This document shows positions 39,140-52,492 of a DNA stretch of 64,000 nt, in pieces. The DNA comes from Mobula hypostoma (taxonomy: Eukaryota): NCBI RefSeq assembly GCF_963921235.1, contig NC_086103.1, positions 87,668,001 to 87,732,000 of the forward strand, given 5' to 3'. The translations under genes and the position numbers were made by a program. The notes under the pieces were generated by a model. It searched no databases and was not told where the DNA came from. It worked only from the letters and a program-made list of their open reading frames with translations. Position 1 is the stretch's first letter. Each line of letters starts with the position of its first letter.

Positions 39140-41192
39140 TAACAAATGCAGGCACTGCTAATGAAAATATATTCCAAGAAAAAAGAAAATCATGAATGGA
39201 AAAATGACACAAATGTGGCTAACGAGAGAGAGGTTAAATAAAAGCAAAAGAGACGGCGTACAAGGAAGCAAAAATCAGTGTGAAAACTGAGGACTGGATG
39301 ACTTTTAGAAACTTACAGAAGGAAACTAAGAAAGTCATTAGGAAAGAAAAGATTAATTATGAAAGGAAGTTGGCAATTAACATTAAAAAGGATACTAAGA
39401 GTTTTTTTAACTATCTGAAGAATAAAAGAGTGACACGGGTAGATATAGGACCGATTGAAAATGATGCTGGAGAAAGTATAATGGGTAACAAAGAAATGGC
39501 AGAGGAACTAAATGAGTATTTTGCATCAGTCTTCACAGTGGAAGACATTAGCAACATACCTGATAGCCGGAGGTCTCAGGGAATAGAATTAGGTACAGTC
39601 AAGATTACTAGAGAGAAAGTGCTTGGGAAACTTAATTAAATAAGAATAGATAAGTCTCCCGGACTGGATGAGGTGCACCCACAGGTTCTGAAGGCAGTGG
39701 CTTTGGGGATTGTGGAGGCATTGGAAATGATCTTCCAGGAATCAATAGACTCTGGCATGGTTCCAGAAGACTGGAAGGTTGAAAATGTAGTTCCGCTGTT
39801 TAAGAAAGGAGGGAGGCAGCAAAAAGAAAATTATAGTCTGACATCGGTAGTTGGAGTCAATCCTCAAGGACGGGGTTATGAAGTACCTTGAGGTGCATGA
39901 CAAGATGGGCCCAAGCCAGCATGGTTTCATGAAGGGAAGATCCTGCCTCACCAACCTACCGGAATTTTTTGAGGTAATCTCAAATAAGATTGACAAGGGA
40001 GAGGCTGTGGATGTTGTGTATTTGGAATTTCAAAAAGCCTTCAATAAGGTGCTGCTTAATAAGATGAGAGCCCATGGAATTACTGGAAAGATATTGAAAT
40101 GGGTGGAGCATTGGCTGTTAGGCAGAAAGCAAAGGATGGGAATATAGTGATCCTATTCTGATTGGTTGCTGGTTACTAGTGGTGTTCCGCAGGGTTCGGT
40201 GTTGGGGCCGCTTCTTTTTACAATATATATCGATGATTTAGATTATGGATTAAATGGTTTTGTGGCTAAATTTGCGGATGATACCAAGATAGGTGGAGGA
40301 GCAGGAAGTGTTGAAGAAACGGAAAGGTTGCAGAGAGACTTGGTCAGTTTAGGAGAGTGGGCAAAGAAATGGCAGATGAGATACAATGTTGAGAAATATA
40401 CGGTTCTACATTTTGGAAGAAGAAATAATTGGGCAGATTATTATTTAGATGGGGAGAAAATTCAAAAATCGGAAGTGCAAAGGGACTTGGGGGTCCTCAT
40501 GCAAGATACCCTAAAGGTTAACCACCAGGTTGGATTGGCAGTAAAGAAAGTGAATGCTTTGTTGGCATTCATTTCAAGAGGAATAGTGTATAAGGAGATG
40601 TTGATGATGCTCTATGGGGCACTGGTGAGACCTCATTTGGAATACTGTGTGCAGTTTTGGGCCCCCTATCTTAGAAGGGATGTACTGATGTTGGCGAGAG
40701 TTCAGAGAAGATTTACGAGGATGATTCCTGGAATGCAGGGGCTAACATGAGGAGCGTTTGTCGGCTCCTGGACTGTATTCATCAGAGCATAGAAGAATGA
40801 GAGGGGATCTCATAGAAACATTTCGAATGTTGAAAGGGTTGGACAGAGTAGATGTGGAAAGGCTGTTTCCCTTGGTGGGTGAGTCCAGGACAAGAGGCCA
40901 CAGTCTTAGAATTAGAGGGTACCCATTTAAAACAGAGATGAGGAGCAATTTTTTTAGCCAGAGGGTTGTGGAGTTGTGGAATTCGTTACCACATACAGCT
41001 GTGGAGGCCGGCCATTGAGGGTGTTGAAGTAGGAGATTGATAGGTATCTAATTAGTCAGGGTACTAAGGGATATGGGGAAAAAGCCAGAAATTGGAACTA
41101 ATGGGAGAATAGTTTAGCTCATGGTGGAGTGGCAGAGCGGACTTGATGGGCCGAATGGCCTACTTCTGCTCCTTTGTCTTGTGATCTTGTGA
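39140..41192 (+). mobile_element. CR1 LINE ORF2 fragment with 3' end
   Basis: PQGSVLGPLLF...KFADD...LEYCVQFW; tcttgtga tail repeats. Confidence 0.92.
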
Positions 41193-42589
41193 CAGCCACA
41201 TTCTCAAATGAATAAAATAAAATTCCAGGGACTTGAGCACAAAATCTAGGCTGTGAAATCAGTACAAGCAACAAGGAAGGTCCTGCATTATCTGTGGCAC
41301 TGATGTCTAGATAGCAATAGTTAGGATGCTTTGAGATCTCATTTCATCAGTTTTAAAACACCTCAGATGTCCCAGGGGTATAAAACCTGTTAATGGATGC
41401 TGCCTGAGCTGCTGAGTTCCTTCAGCATTTTGTGCGTGTTACTCAAGTAAATGCAAGCATCTGTTTGTAAAATGCTGTCTTTCAATAACAAAAGGTGAAA
41501 GATTAGGTTGGGGACAGTGCACCCAAATATTGTTGATCCACTTTTGTGCAAGCTAGAAAAGTGGACTAAATCCTGCTGTTAAATCATCAACATGACGAAA
41601 GGCAATCTTTGGTCTGCCTGGAACTGGTTGGTCTTACACCATAGCAAGATGAGCACTGATTAAAGAGGCCACGTGAGTGGCACGGGTGATCTGTGATTCG
41701 AATACATTGACGTGCAGACACCATGTAAAGAAAGATGTGTTATGATTGCACTGGATTTCTTGTGTATGTACATCTGTATGAATGAAGTTCACTTCTGAAA
41801 TAAAGTGGGAGAGAGCAAAACAAGTAAAAGAAACCTTGCTATGACCTTTGTTGAAAGGTAACATTCTATCTTATAATGGGAATTCATATAACTAGTTTTA
41901 CAATACCTTCAGCTACATTGTAAGGAATAGAACTTCATCTCTCTGTTGAAATATACATGTAAGTCCTTGATGTTGAGGTTAGCACACAGTTATCCTGCTT
42001 AGCATTACCCTGTAGAGAGCTGGCTTGTTACAGCACTTGTGCTCCTCCAGTACAAACACAATTACAAACTACTCGTGCATTGTCAGGCTGGAATCCTCTT
42101 GGGAGTTCCTGCCATCTGCTGCCATGCCTCGGGCAATGGTTCAGAGTGGAAAGGCTGCCTGAAAGGACTGGTTCTGGGCGGGCTGGCATGACTGGTGCCT
42201 CTGCTCCGTGATGCTTCCTGGTGGGCCAGTGCTGGTGACTGCCATTGCCTCTCCTTGCTGTGTGCACAATGTGATTGCTCTCTGGTAACAAGCTCCCTAG
42301 GGTGGGAAATCCGACTGCAGACTAATGAAGAGGTAGGGAGACACCACCTTCTATCACATACAACAGGGGGTGATGGGAGAAATAGTAGCATCTGTATACG
42401 TGAACATATGGAGCAGATTCTGCCAGTCCCTAATGAGGGTTCACATTGCCCAGGGTGAATCCCTGTGCACGATATGTGCCAGCTGAGTGGCTGCACGGCC
42501 TGTCCGAAACCAAACCTGAGAAGCACCTTTTTTATGTACATTGCTGATGGACTGTAAGGTTCCAGAGAAAAGGAGGGCATGTCTAGTTA

Positions 42590-45500
42590 TTATCCCCATG
42601 AATATCAGTGTCTGGCTCAGCTCTGGTGGGTATAAAAGTTGGGAATTTATGGTGCGATTGTACAGGACACTGGCAAGGCTGCACTTGGGAGCATCATGCT
42701 CAGTTTTGGTTGCCCTCCTATAGGAAAGATGTTATTAAACTGGAAAGAATGCAGAAAATACTTACAAGGATATTGCCAGGAATTGAGGGACTGAGATACT
42801 GGAAGAGGTTGAGAGAGAATGGACTGCCGGAGGAAGTGGCTGAGGCAGGTACTATTACAACTTTTAAAAGACAGTTGAACCAGCACATGGATAGGAAAGG
42901 TTTGGAAAGTTATGGGTCAAATATTAGCAAATGGGACTAGATTGGATGGGGAAACTTGGTCAACATGGATCAATTGGGCAAAGGTAAAAAGACTCTAATG
43001 GGAGTTATATACAGGCCTCCAAACAGTAGCCAGGATGTGGGGTAGAAATTACAATGGGAGTGGAAAAGGCAATTATCATGAAGGATTTCAACATGCAGGT
43101 AGATTGGGAAAATTAGGTTGGTGCTGGATCCCAAGTGAAGAAATTTGCAGAATGTCTATGAGATAGCTTTTCAAAGCAGCTTGTGGTTGAGGCCACTAAG
43201 GAAAATGAAATTCTGGATTGGGTGCCATGCAATGAACCTGATTTGATTAGGGAGCTTAAGGTAAAAGAACTCTTAGGAGTCAGTACTCATAATGTGATAG
43301 AATTAATCCTGCAGCTTCGAGGGAGAAACTAAAATCAGATATCTCAGTATTACAATGCAGTAAAGGGAATTACAGAGGCATGAGAGAGGAGCTGGCCAAA
43401 GTTGATTGGAAGGGGACACAAGCAAGGATGACAGCAATGGCTGAGTTTCTGGAAACAATTCAGAATGCACAGGACAGATACATCTCAAAGAAGAAGCTAC
43501 TCTAAAGGGAGGATAAAGTAACGGCAGCTGCAAGGGAAGTCAAATCAGTATAAAAGCAAAAGAGAAAGTGTATAATATAGTAAAAAGTAGTGTGAAGTTT
43601 GAGGATTGGGAAGCTTTTAAAAATCAAAGAAGCCAACTAAAAAAGCCATCAGGATATAAAAGATGAATTATGAAGGTTTGCTAGCCAATAATATGAAAGA
43701 GGATACCAAAGGTTTTCTCAGATATATACAGAGTAAGACAGAGGAGTGTGTAGATATCGGACTGCTGATTTCAGATATCATGGTAATGGGGTCAGAGAAA
43801 TGGCAAGAACTTACCAAGTATTTTGCGTCAGTTGTCACTGTGAAGACACCAGTAGTTTACCTGAAATTCGAGAGTTTTGGAGGGGATGAAGCAAGTAAAT
43901 TGCTTAGGAAGCCAAAAGGTCTGAAGGTAGATAAGTCACCTGGACCAGATTGACTACACCTCAGGGTTCTGAAAAGGGTAGCTGAAGAGATTATGGAGGT
44001 ATTAGTAATAATCTTTCAAGAATCACTAGATCCTGAAACAGTTCCAGAGGACTGGAAAATTACAAATGTCACTCCATTCTTTAATGAGGTGGGGGGGGGG
44101 GAGGGAGAAGGGAAAAACAGGAAAGTATAGGCTAGTTAGCCTGACTTCAGAGATTGGGAAGATGTTGGAGTCGATTACTAAGGATGAGGTTTTGGGAAGT
44201 CAGCACGGTTTCTTAAGGGGAACTCTTACCTGACAACTCATTCTTTGAGGAAATAACAGGCAGGATAGACAAAGGAGAGTCAGTGGATGTTGCTTACTTG
44301 ACATTCAGAAGGCCTTCGATAAGGTGCAGTACATGAGGCTGCTTATCAAGATAAGAGCCCATGGTATTACAAAAAAGATACTAACATAGAAGATTGGCTG
44401 ATTGATAGAGGCAAAGAGTGGAAATAAAGGAGGGGGATTGGTGACTAGTGATGCTCCACAAGGGCCAGTGTTGGCACCACTTCTTTTCAAGTTATATGTA
44501 AATGATTTGGACAATGAAATTGATGGCTCTGTGGCTAGGTTTGTGGATGATACAAAGATAGGTGGAAGGGCAGGTCATGTTGAGGAAGCAGGAAGTCTGC
44601 AAAAGGACTTTGATAGAATAAGAGAATGGGCAAAGAAGTGACAGATGGAATATAGTGTAGTGAGGTGTATGGTCATGCACTTTGATAGAAGGAATAAAGG
44701 AATATGTTCAGAAATTCAGAAATCAGAGGTGAAAAGCAATTTGGGAGTCCTTGTGCAGGATTCCCTAAAGGTTAACTTGCAGGTTGAGTTGGTGCCAAGG
44801 AAAGCAAATGCAATGTTAGCATTCATTTCAAGAGGACTATGATGTAATGCTGAGGATTTATAAGGCATTGGTCTGACCACACTTGGAGTACTATGAGCAG
44901 TTTTGGGCCCTTTATTCAATAAATGATGTGCTGGCATTGGAGAGAGACCAGAGGAGGCTTGTGAGAATGATCCCGTGAATGAAAGGGTTAATGTATAAGG
45001 AACATTTGATGGCTCTGGTCTTGTACTCACTGGTGCTTGGAAGAATGACGAAGCATCTCATTGAAACACATCAAAAATTGGAAGTCCTGGATAAAGTGAA
45101 TGTGGCAACGATGTTTTCCATAGTGGGGGAGTCTAGGACCGGAGGGCACAGCCTCAGAATACAAGGACATCTCTTTACAACAGAGATGAGGAGGAATTTC
45201 TTTAGCCAGAGGGTGGTGAATCTGTTGAATTAGTTGCCACAGAGAGCTGTGAAGGGCAAGTCATCGGGTATATTTAAAGCGGATGTTGATAGCGTTGGCC
45301 AGAAAGAATGACAATCTACAAATCAGTGAATTCAAATGAATCAAGGACAGTGGAAGCAGTCTTTGTTCTTGCTGCATGCTTGGGGATGGAGGCTGCCATT
45401 TTGTGAAGACACTCTATTCTGCATTTTGTGAGCTTGACATGCTGGGCTTGATCAATGTTTTAAAGAAGACACAATGATTCTTCAGGTAACCTGCTGGACT

Positions 45501-46335
45501 GAAGATAATTTCTAAATAAGAAAACCAAACTCTTGGGTACTCTTTATTCCCTTCAAAAGTAAAACTATGCAATACACCACTTGAATTATCTGTTTCTTTG
45601 CTACTATGAAACCCTGGCATGTTGTTTTAAGAGTCCATGCATAGTAGGTTTGTGAGTGTTGGGGTTGATGCCTGCCTGAAGTGAGTTGAGCTCATTGCTG
45701 ATTGAGAACAAAGAGCCATAAATTATCGACTGTCACTTGATGGGAAGAGGGCAATAAATTGATGCTGGCTTGGAGCAGAGCCAATAACAAGGTGTTAAAG
45801 GACAGACACATGGCCTCTGGCCAATGACACTGGAATGCGATATTTGAATTGATAAGGAATGGATATAAAAGTGGATGCTTTGTGTGTGCTTGTAGCAGCA
45901 ACTTCGAAGAATAACCATTGCAGATACAAGCGTAAGTAACCCTGTGTGAAACATGTCGCGAGTGAATTGAGACAACGAGGAACGCCTGGCCAGTGTAAAC
46001 TCCCTTGCCCGGGTAATACCTTTGCTATTGTTTGACTGTTCAGGAGAGTCAGGGATACTTAGTGGGTGTGCGCACAAGGTATTTAGAGTATGAATTCACA
46101 TACTTGTTAGTTTGAACAATAAAGGTACTCGTCAGTAAATACAGATCTCTCTGTGCCTCACTAAGCATCATTGTTAAGTAGAAGTAGTAGTTTTTTTACA
46201 ATAGTAAGGGTAAAGATTATGGGGAGAAGCAAGGAGATTGGGGTTAAGAAGCAGAATAAATCAGCCATAATGGACTGGCTGAGCAGACTTGATGGGAGCT
46301 GATCTACCTAATTCTGCTCCTAAGTCTTACTGTTG
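42590..46335 (+). mobile_element. Two tandem decayed CR1 copies; the second is interrupted at 45293-46200
   Basis: KSPGPD, PQGPVL and RFVDD remnants; the 3' UTR resumes at 46201. Confidence 0.85.
45293..46200 (+). mobile_element. Probable solo LTR (908 bp)
   Basis: 4-bp duplication ATAG (45289-45292 and 46201-46204), ends CGTT...TACA, TATAAAA at 45864 and AATAAA at 46118. Confidence 0.55.
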
Positions 46336-47629
46336 TATTATAGGGCATGTTTATATATAGCTGGTGCATATACTGGTTACAAAAGAAAGGAGCTTAGTTA
46401 TATCTGTATTTTTATTATTTATATGAAGTCCTCTCCCTTGACTTTCATGAATGTGAACATAATTATTTTCTATATTTCACTTTTTTCTCTGACTGTGGTT
46501 CAAAAAAATACCCTCATTGACAGTTTTATTTGATTTTTATTTTCTTCCAGCTTTGCAATACAGAACCTATAAAATAGCATTTAACCCATCAGACAAGCCA
46601 GGAGAGCAAAGAGCTGAATTTCACTGCCTGCTCTCCATCCATACCTCTACTGTTTTTATTCCTTCAGGTAATTATTAAATTCCCTCGGAAAAGTTAAAAT
46701 TGAATCTGCTTCCCCTACGTCTGTCAGGCAGTGCGCTTAAGATCACAACAGCTCAATGTAACAAGACTCCTCAAATCTCATTTCTCAGTATGTTTAATTC
46801 AATTAAAAAACATGCATGAGTTATGCGGATAATACACACTAATATATTCTAAACATCTGGCTGTACAATATACTCTAATCACTGTACATGATATATGTGC
46901 TTCACTTTAAATGTTGCATTTATTTATTGGAATGGTTTATTGATTAAGAAAAAAAATCGCAACTTTCATTTACTTGGTATCTCCATAAACTATGAATGAT
47001 AAAACACTAAAAATAGTGATCTAGTGAGACACGAGATCCTTTAATAATATTCTTCATCTGACGGGGTAGAATGATAAACATTGCTAATATTTTTGAACAA
47101 TGATAATTAAGCCTCAGGTTCTTGCAGTAGAGAACAAGGAGCTTATTACAAATAACCCTATCTGAATTAGTGTGCAAATGTTCTATGTTTTGCTTCTCTT
47201 TCTGTTCTATTATCATCTGCTTTTTTACATCCTTACTTTTCTCATCATCATTCCGTTCTTCTCACCTTCCCTTTGTTCTTTTCTTCCCCACTGCTTTTTC
47301 CTCTAGCTTTTAAATGGTTAATCACCAACATCTTACATTTCTGAAAGCTCCTCACTTTGCTACTCCACACTTCCCACTTGATCTGAACCTTTACTGCTTT
47401 TCATTTTTGGTGTCGTGTAACTGTTGATCCAGTAGTTCATCCCATCTCATTTATTTACTACAACACAGGGGGCAGCCATTTAGACAACTGATCTATCCCA
47501 TTTCTCAGCAGACCAATCAATCAGTCCCATTCCTTCTCCCCTTATATCCTTGGACCAATGCAACTTATCCTCTTTTACATTCCATCAACTCTCCTTTGAT
47601 TCTTTAGCCATACACTGATGGTAATTCGA

Positions 47630-47730
47630 TTAAAGTCTGTCACGAGCCTTGTGGCCCATCAGGCCGGTGTTTATGCCGGTTTCTGTGGCGTGAAGCGACT
47701 GAGAGTACGAGGCTGCCCCCTGGATAGGAT
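47630..47730 (-). mobile_element. SINE 3' tail fragment
   Basis: ggcccatcaggccggtgtttatgccggtttctgtggcgtgaagcgact resembles a SINE tail I recall from marine invertebrates and fishes. Confidence 0.45.
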
Positions 47731-48135
47731 CCAGGATGGTTATTTGAAGGAGTTAGATAACCTAGCAGCCTATCTTTCAGGATGGGATCTAAGAGGACAT
47801 CAGAGCACTCAGAGGAAACCACTATCCATAGGAAGAATGTGCAAACGACACATATGCGATGCCAGAGATCATAATTGAATTTTGGAGCTGAAGCTGAAAG
47901 ACAGTGACTCTGAAAGAGGTGCCACTGTGCCATGTTTCTTTAGGAGAATGCAGCTGGTCAGTTGTGGCTGTGATTGAGACCAAGAGCGCCACTGGGGGGA
48001 GTGGATTATACCTGCACATCAACCTCTTATAACCCACATCTTGCAACGGTCGCCACAAAGATCTTAACTGAGATGGTCGTATACAACCCAAACCACCAGC
48101 AAGTGTTGTAGTGAAAGAATGAGATGGGTACTCAC

Positions 48136-48300
48136 GCTTGGAGTGCTTGTCACACAGTGCTGAGGCCCGCATGTCACACAGTCGGATTGTTCCTTTACTG
48201 CTGCTGTACACAAACATATTACAGTGATGCGGGTGGAATTCTGCTGCTGTTATCACCTCTGTCAACTCCTCCATGTTGGCAGGCTTTATATCTACAATGT
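48136..48300 (-). CDS. PPP2R2B: PP2A B55 subunit internal coding exon, 165 nt
   Basis: Encodes (N)[54 protein letters not shown](L); acceptor tttttcag, donor gtgagt. Confidence 0.93.
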
Positions 48301-48809
48301 CTGAAAAACCATGGATTAAGGCAGCTACAGGACTCACGTAAAATGTCAGATTTCCAGGTACAATGTTACGTTCTACCCCTGTACCCTTAGTGCACTTCTT
48401 ACACTGATAGATTCTTAGAGCAATGGAAATCTAAACCTCTGCAGTAACTCTAAACCTCCTTCCATCACTGAGCCGGTGATATTAAACCTGATTCTGACAC
48501 TACCTCTGATGTGCCTCTTAACTGGAACCCTGGGAAAGATGCCCCGTGATTCTATTCAAAGCTATTTTCACCATTTTCAAAGAAGCATAATTTTTACAAA
48601 GGCACAGTCCTCCTCATGTTCTCATTCTATTCATGGCTCTTCAGTCTCTTTGCAATTTTTCTTAGAGGTTCTCCATCTAAACTGCCAGTAATGGCCCTAC
48701 CACTCGTTGTCTAGCATGTCAATCCTCATAGTGGACCAACTTCCCTAAGCCAGAGGGATGGTGGATAACTATTTGGTTGAATAAATCAGTTTCCCAAGCT
48801 TTATTCTAT

Positions 48810-49165
48810 CAGAATTTGAATCATATTTATTATCACCGAATTACATGATGTGAAATTTGTTTTGTGACAGCAGTACATAATGACATAAAATTACAATATA
48901 TGGTGCAAAAATAAATAGTGCAAAAAACAATTCAAAAATCTGATGGCAGAGGAGAGAGAAGCTGTTTCTGAATTGTTGAATAAGGGTCTTTCATATCGCT
49001 TCTCCCTGATGTTAGTGAGCATGAATCGAATGAGAAGGGCCCTTAGTGATATATGCAAATTTTTGCGGCACTGCCTTTTGGAGATGTCCTCGATGGTGGG
49101 AAGGAATGTGCTTGTGATGGACTGAGCCAGAACCTTCTGCAGCCTATTGTGATCCTGTGCATCGG
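48810..49165 (-). mobile_element. Rex1/Babar-like LINE 3' fragment
   Basis: AQSITSTFLPTIEDISKRQCRK...SAIRFLN. Confidence 0.6.
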
Positions 49166-49313
49166 AGACAACATACATAGACAACATCGGAGACTCTCTC
49201 TCTCTCTCACAGGGGGTTATCTGTACACTAACCAGCGTCTCTCAGTCCCTCTCTCCCTCAGAAGGACATCTCCAGACTCACTGGGATCTCTCAGTCACTC
49301 TCTCTCCAGTAAC

Positions 49314-49906
49314 TAGAATATAAAAGCAAGGGCGTAGTGTCGAGGCTTTATAAAATACTGGTGCTGTCAGCACTTTTGGGCCCCTAATCAGAAAAAAGGA
49401 TACACTGACATTGGAGAGGGTTCGAAGGAGGTTCACGAACATGATTCCAGGATTGAAAGGTTTGTCACATGAGGAGCATTAGATGGCTTTGAGCCTCTAC
49501 TCACTGAAATTCAGAAGGATGCGGGGGGGGGGGGGGCAGTCCTCATTGAAATCTATCAGATGTTGAAAGGCCTTGTTAAAATAGATGTTTCTTTTGGTGG
49601 GAGAGCGTGACCAGAGGACACAGCTTCAGAATAGAGAGACATCCTTTTAGAATGGAGATGAGGAGGAATTTCATTAGCCAGAGAGTGGTGAATCTGTGGA
49701 ATTCATTGCCACAGGCAGCTGTGGAGGCCAAGTCATTGGGTATACTTAAGGCAGAGACTGATAGATTCTTGATTAGTCAGGGTATGAAGGGATACAGGGA
49801 TAAATCAGGAGATTGGGGCTGATAGGGAAAGGGATCAGCCATGATGGAATAGTGGAGTAGACTCGATGGGCAAAATGGCCTAATTCTGCTCCAATACTTT
49901 ATGGTC
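49314..49906 (+). mobile_element. CR1 3' fragment
   Basis: TRGHS...EMRRNFISQRVVNLWNSLP. Confidence 0.85.
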
Positions 49907-50320
49907 TCATGTGCAGAGCAGATGCCATACCAATCTGTTATGTATCCAAACAGAATATTTTCTATGGTACATGGTAAGAGTTGACAGGGACATGCTAAAT
50001 TTCTTTAGCGTCCTGAGGAAGTAGAGACACTTGTGAGCTTTCCTGGCCGTGCCATCTACATGGTTGGACCAGAAAAGGTAATTGGCGATGTTCACACCTG
50101 GAAACGTGAAGCTCTCAACCCTCTAAACCTCAACACCTTTGATATAGACAAGAGAATGTGCACCACCCCCATTTCTGAAGTCAATGGCCAGCTCTTTTGT
50201 TGACATTGAGGGAAAGGTTGTTGTCACAACACCGTGTCACTAAGCTCTCTATCTCCTTACTGTACTCTGACTCTTAGTTATCTGAGGTGTGGCCCACTAC
50301 AGTGGTATCATTTTCAATCT
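49907..50320 (-). mobile_element. Rex1/Babar-like LINE fragment
   Basis: ENDTTVVGHTSDN; WSNHVDGTARKAHKCLYFLRTLKKF. Confidence 0.6.
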
Positions 50321-51830
50321 GCAACATGTGCATTTTCGAGATGTGGGAGGAAACTGGAGCACCAAAGAGATAGTCATAAGGAGAAAGTATAAAATTCACA
50401 TGAACAACATCCAATATCAGGAACAAAGCCAGAGTGCTGTGCAGGTGCAGTGAAGCAACAGCTCTACAACCTGTACCATTGGCTTTGGGAAGGTGGTACA
50501 CACTGAAGATGGAATGCTGGCTGACCAATGTTAGTGCAGTTGCAGGTATGAGGGTAGATGGTGGAACCTGCATGAAAGCTTGCCATTAGACTGGAGAATC
50601 CTAAATAGAGAGATAATGGAGATAACTGTGCCTCTGTCAAAATGATGTTCTTTCCAAACAAGCAAAAATCGCTGCAAATAAAAGTGATGGCAACTTCTCT
50701 GCTGATGTTTCGCTCCAACTAGAGAGCTATAACCCATATATTCAAATCAAGCTTAAGGAAGATCTTGTCCTGATCTATACCTGAGTTCTGCAAGTTCTGT
50801 GTGATGAGGAAGTAGTGATCCAATTGCTCCTCATACTGGGTCTGAAAAGACCAGTGCCAGATAGAATGTAACCAATTGTCAAGGGATCAGCATCAATAAT
50901 TGCCCATATCAACCAGAGGTTGTCACTGATTTGAATTGGACCTTCATACCACACTGGGTCAGCATAGTAAGGGGTTGTATGGATAAGTCGCCATCTCTTC
51001 TCACCCAAATGCCTCTCTTTCCCTTTGGAAAGTTTTCACTTCTATTTTGTAAAAAAAAAGTTTCTGTTTAAAAAAATTACTTTTAACTTTTATTAAGATA
51101 TTTACAAATTTCTCATATTAAAATGTGACTATCCTTGTCCAGGATGCTCTCCAGCCCCTGGGGTGCCCAAACATTCTGAAAAGCCTCCCAAGAGCCAGTA
51201 AACATGGAGTCAGGATTTCAAGAGTTATAGAGTTCTGTGAATATACTAGACATTAATTGAAACAAGAACCAGTTTTCAGTTTTTAATGTAAATTACAAGC
51301 AGTAACCCATCTGAAATTAAAAGGGCAGCTTTGTAAGTAAACAACAGTCTACAACACACAGACTACTAGCCCATAGCAGGAGGCTGAATGCACAAAGAGA
51401 CATGGTTTGTAAAGTGTAGTGAACAGTTGTAAGGTGTTGGGGATAGAGAGGGGAGTGAGGAGTCAGATTAGGGTTTAGAGACAGGGATGTGGAGGAATCA
51501 GACAACAGGCGTCCGCTCTGTGTTCAAAGTCCATCGTCGTGGTAGGGTAATGAAGGACAATCAGAGTCCAGGCCTTCACTCTGTGCTTGGAAGCCAGCGA
51601 TGTGGATGGGTGATGAAGGACATTGTGAATTTCAGGCTGTTTGAAGTCGGTGGGTCTGAGGTTGGATGTCCGTGCAAACAAAAGGCATGAAGACCAGTCA
51701 ATCGACGAGCCTGGAGTTCGGGGTCCTGTCATCGGCTAGTCTGGCATCTACACTGAAGATTGAAGCCCAAAGGTCAAGTGGAAGTCTGGGAGTAAAAGCC
51801 TGGAGACTGGAGGCCTGTCCTAGAGTTGGA

Positions 51831-51863
51831 GGTGTGTGTGTGTGAGTGTGTGTGTCTGTGAGT

Positions 51864-51916
<53 letters not shown>

Positions 51917-52492
51917 TCTGTGGGTGTGTGTGTGGGTTGCGCATGTGTGTCTCTGTGGGTGAGTGTGTGTATGTGTGAGTGTCTGTGGGTGTGTGTGTGT
52001 CTGTGAGTGTGTGAGTGTGTGTCTCTCTGTGGGTGTGTGTGTATCTGCATCGGTGTGTGTGTGTGAGGGCGTGTGTCTCTGTGGGTGTGTGTGTGTCTAT
52101 GAGTGTGTGTGCGTNNNNNNNNNNNNNNNNNNNNNNNNNNNNNNNNNNNNNNNNNNNNNNNNNNNNNNNNNNNNNNNNNNNNNNNNNNNNNNNNNNNNNN
52201 NNNNNNNNNNNNNNNNNNNNNNNNNNNNNNNNNNNNNNNNNNNNNNNNNNNNNNNNNNNNNNNNNNNNNNNNNNNNNNNNNNNNNNNNNNNNNNNNNNNN
52301 NNNNNNNNNNNNNNNNNNNNNNNNNNNNNNNNNNNNNNNNNNNNNNNNNNNNNNNNNNNNNNNNNNNNNNNNNNNNNNNNNNNNNNNNNNNNNNNNNNNN
52401 NNNNNNNNNNNNNNNNNNNNNNNNNNNNNNNNNNNNNNNNNNNNNNNNNNNNNTATGTGCGCATGTGTCTGTCTCTGTGTGTGTGAGTGTGT
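51831..52492. repeat. Compound (GT)n microsatellite containing an assembly gap (339 N, 52115-52453)
   Basis: Directly visible. Confidence 0.97.

Noticed and set aside
47822-48337. 171-aa stand-alone protein or alternative terminal exon
   Set aside because: Only 48136-48300 is B55-like; the rest is intron read-through beyond good splice sites.
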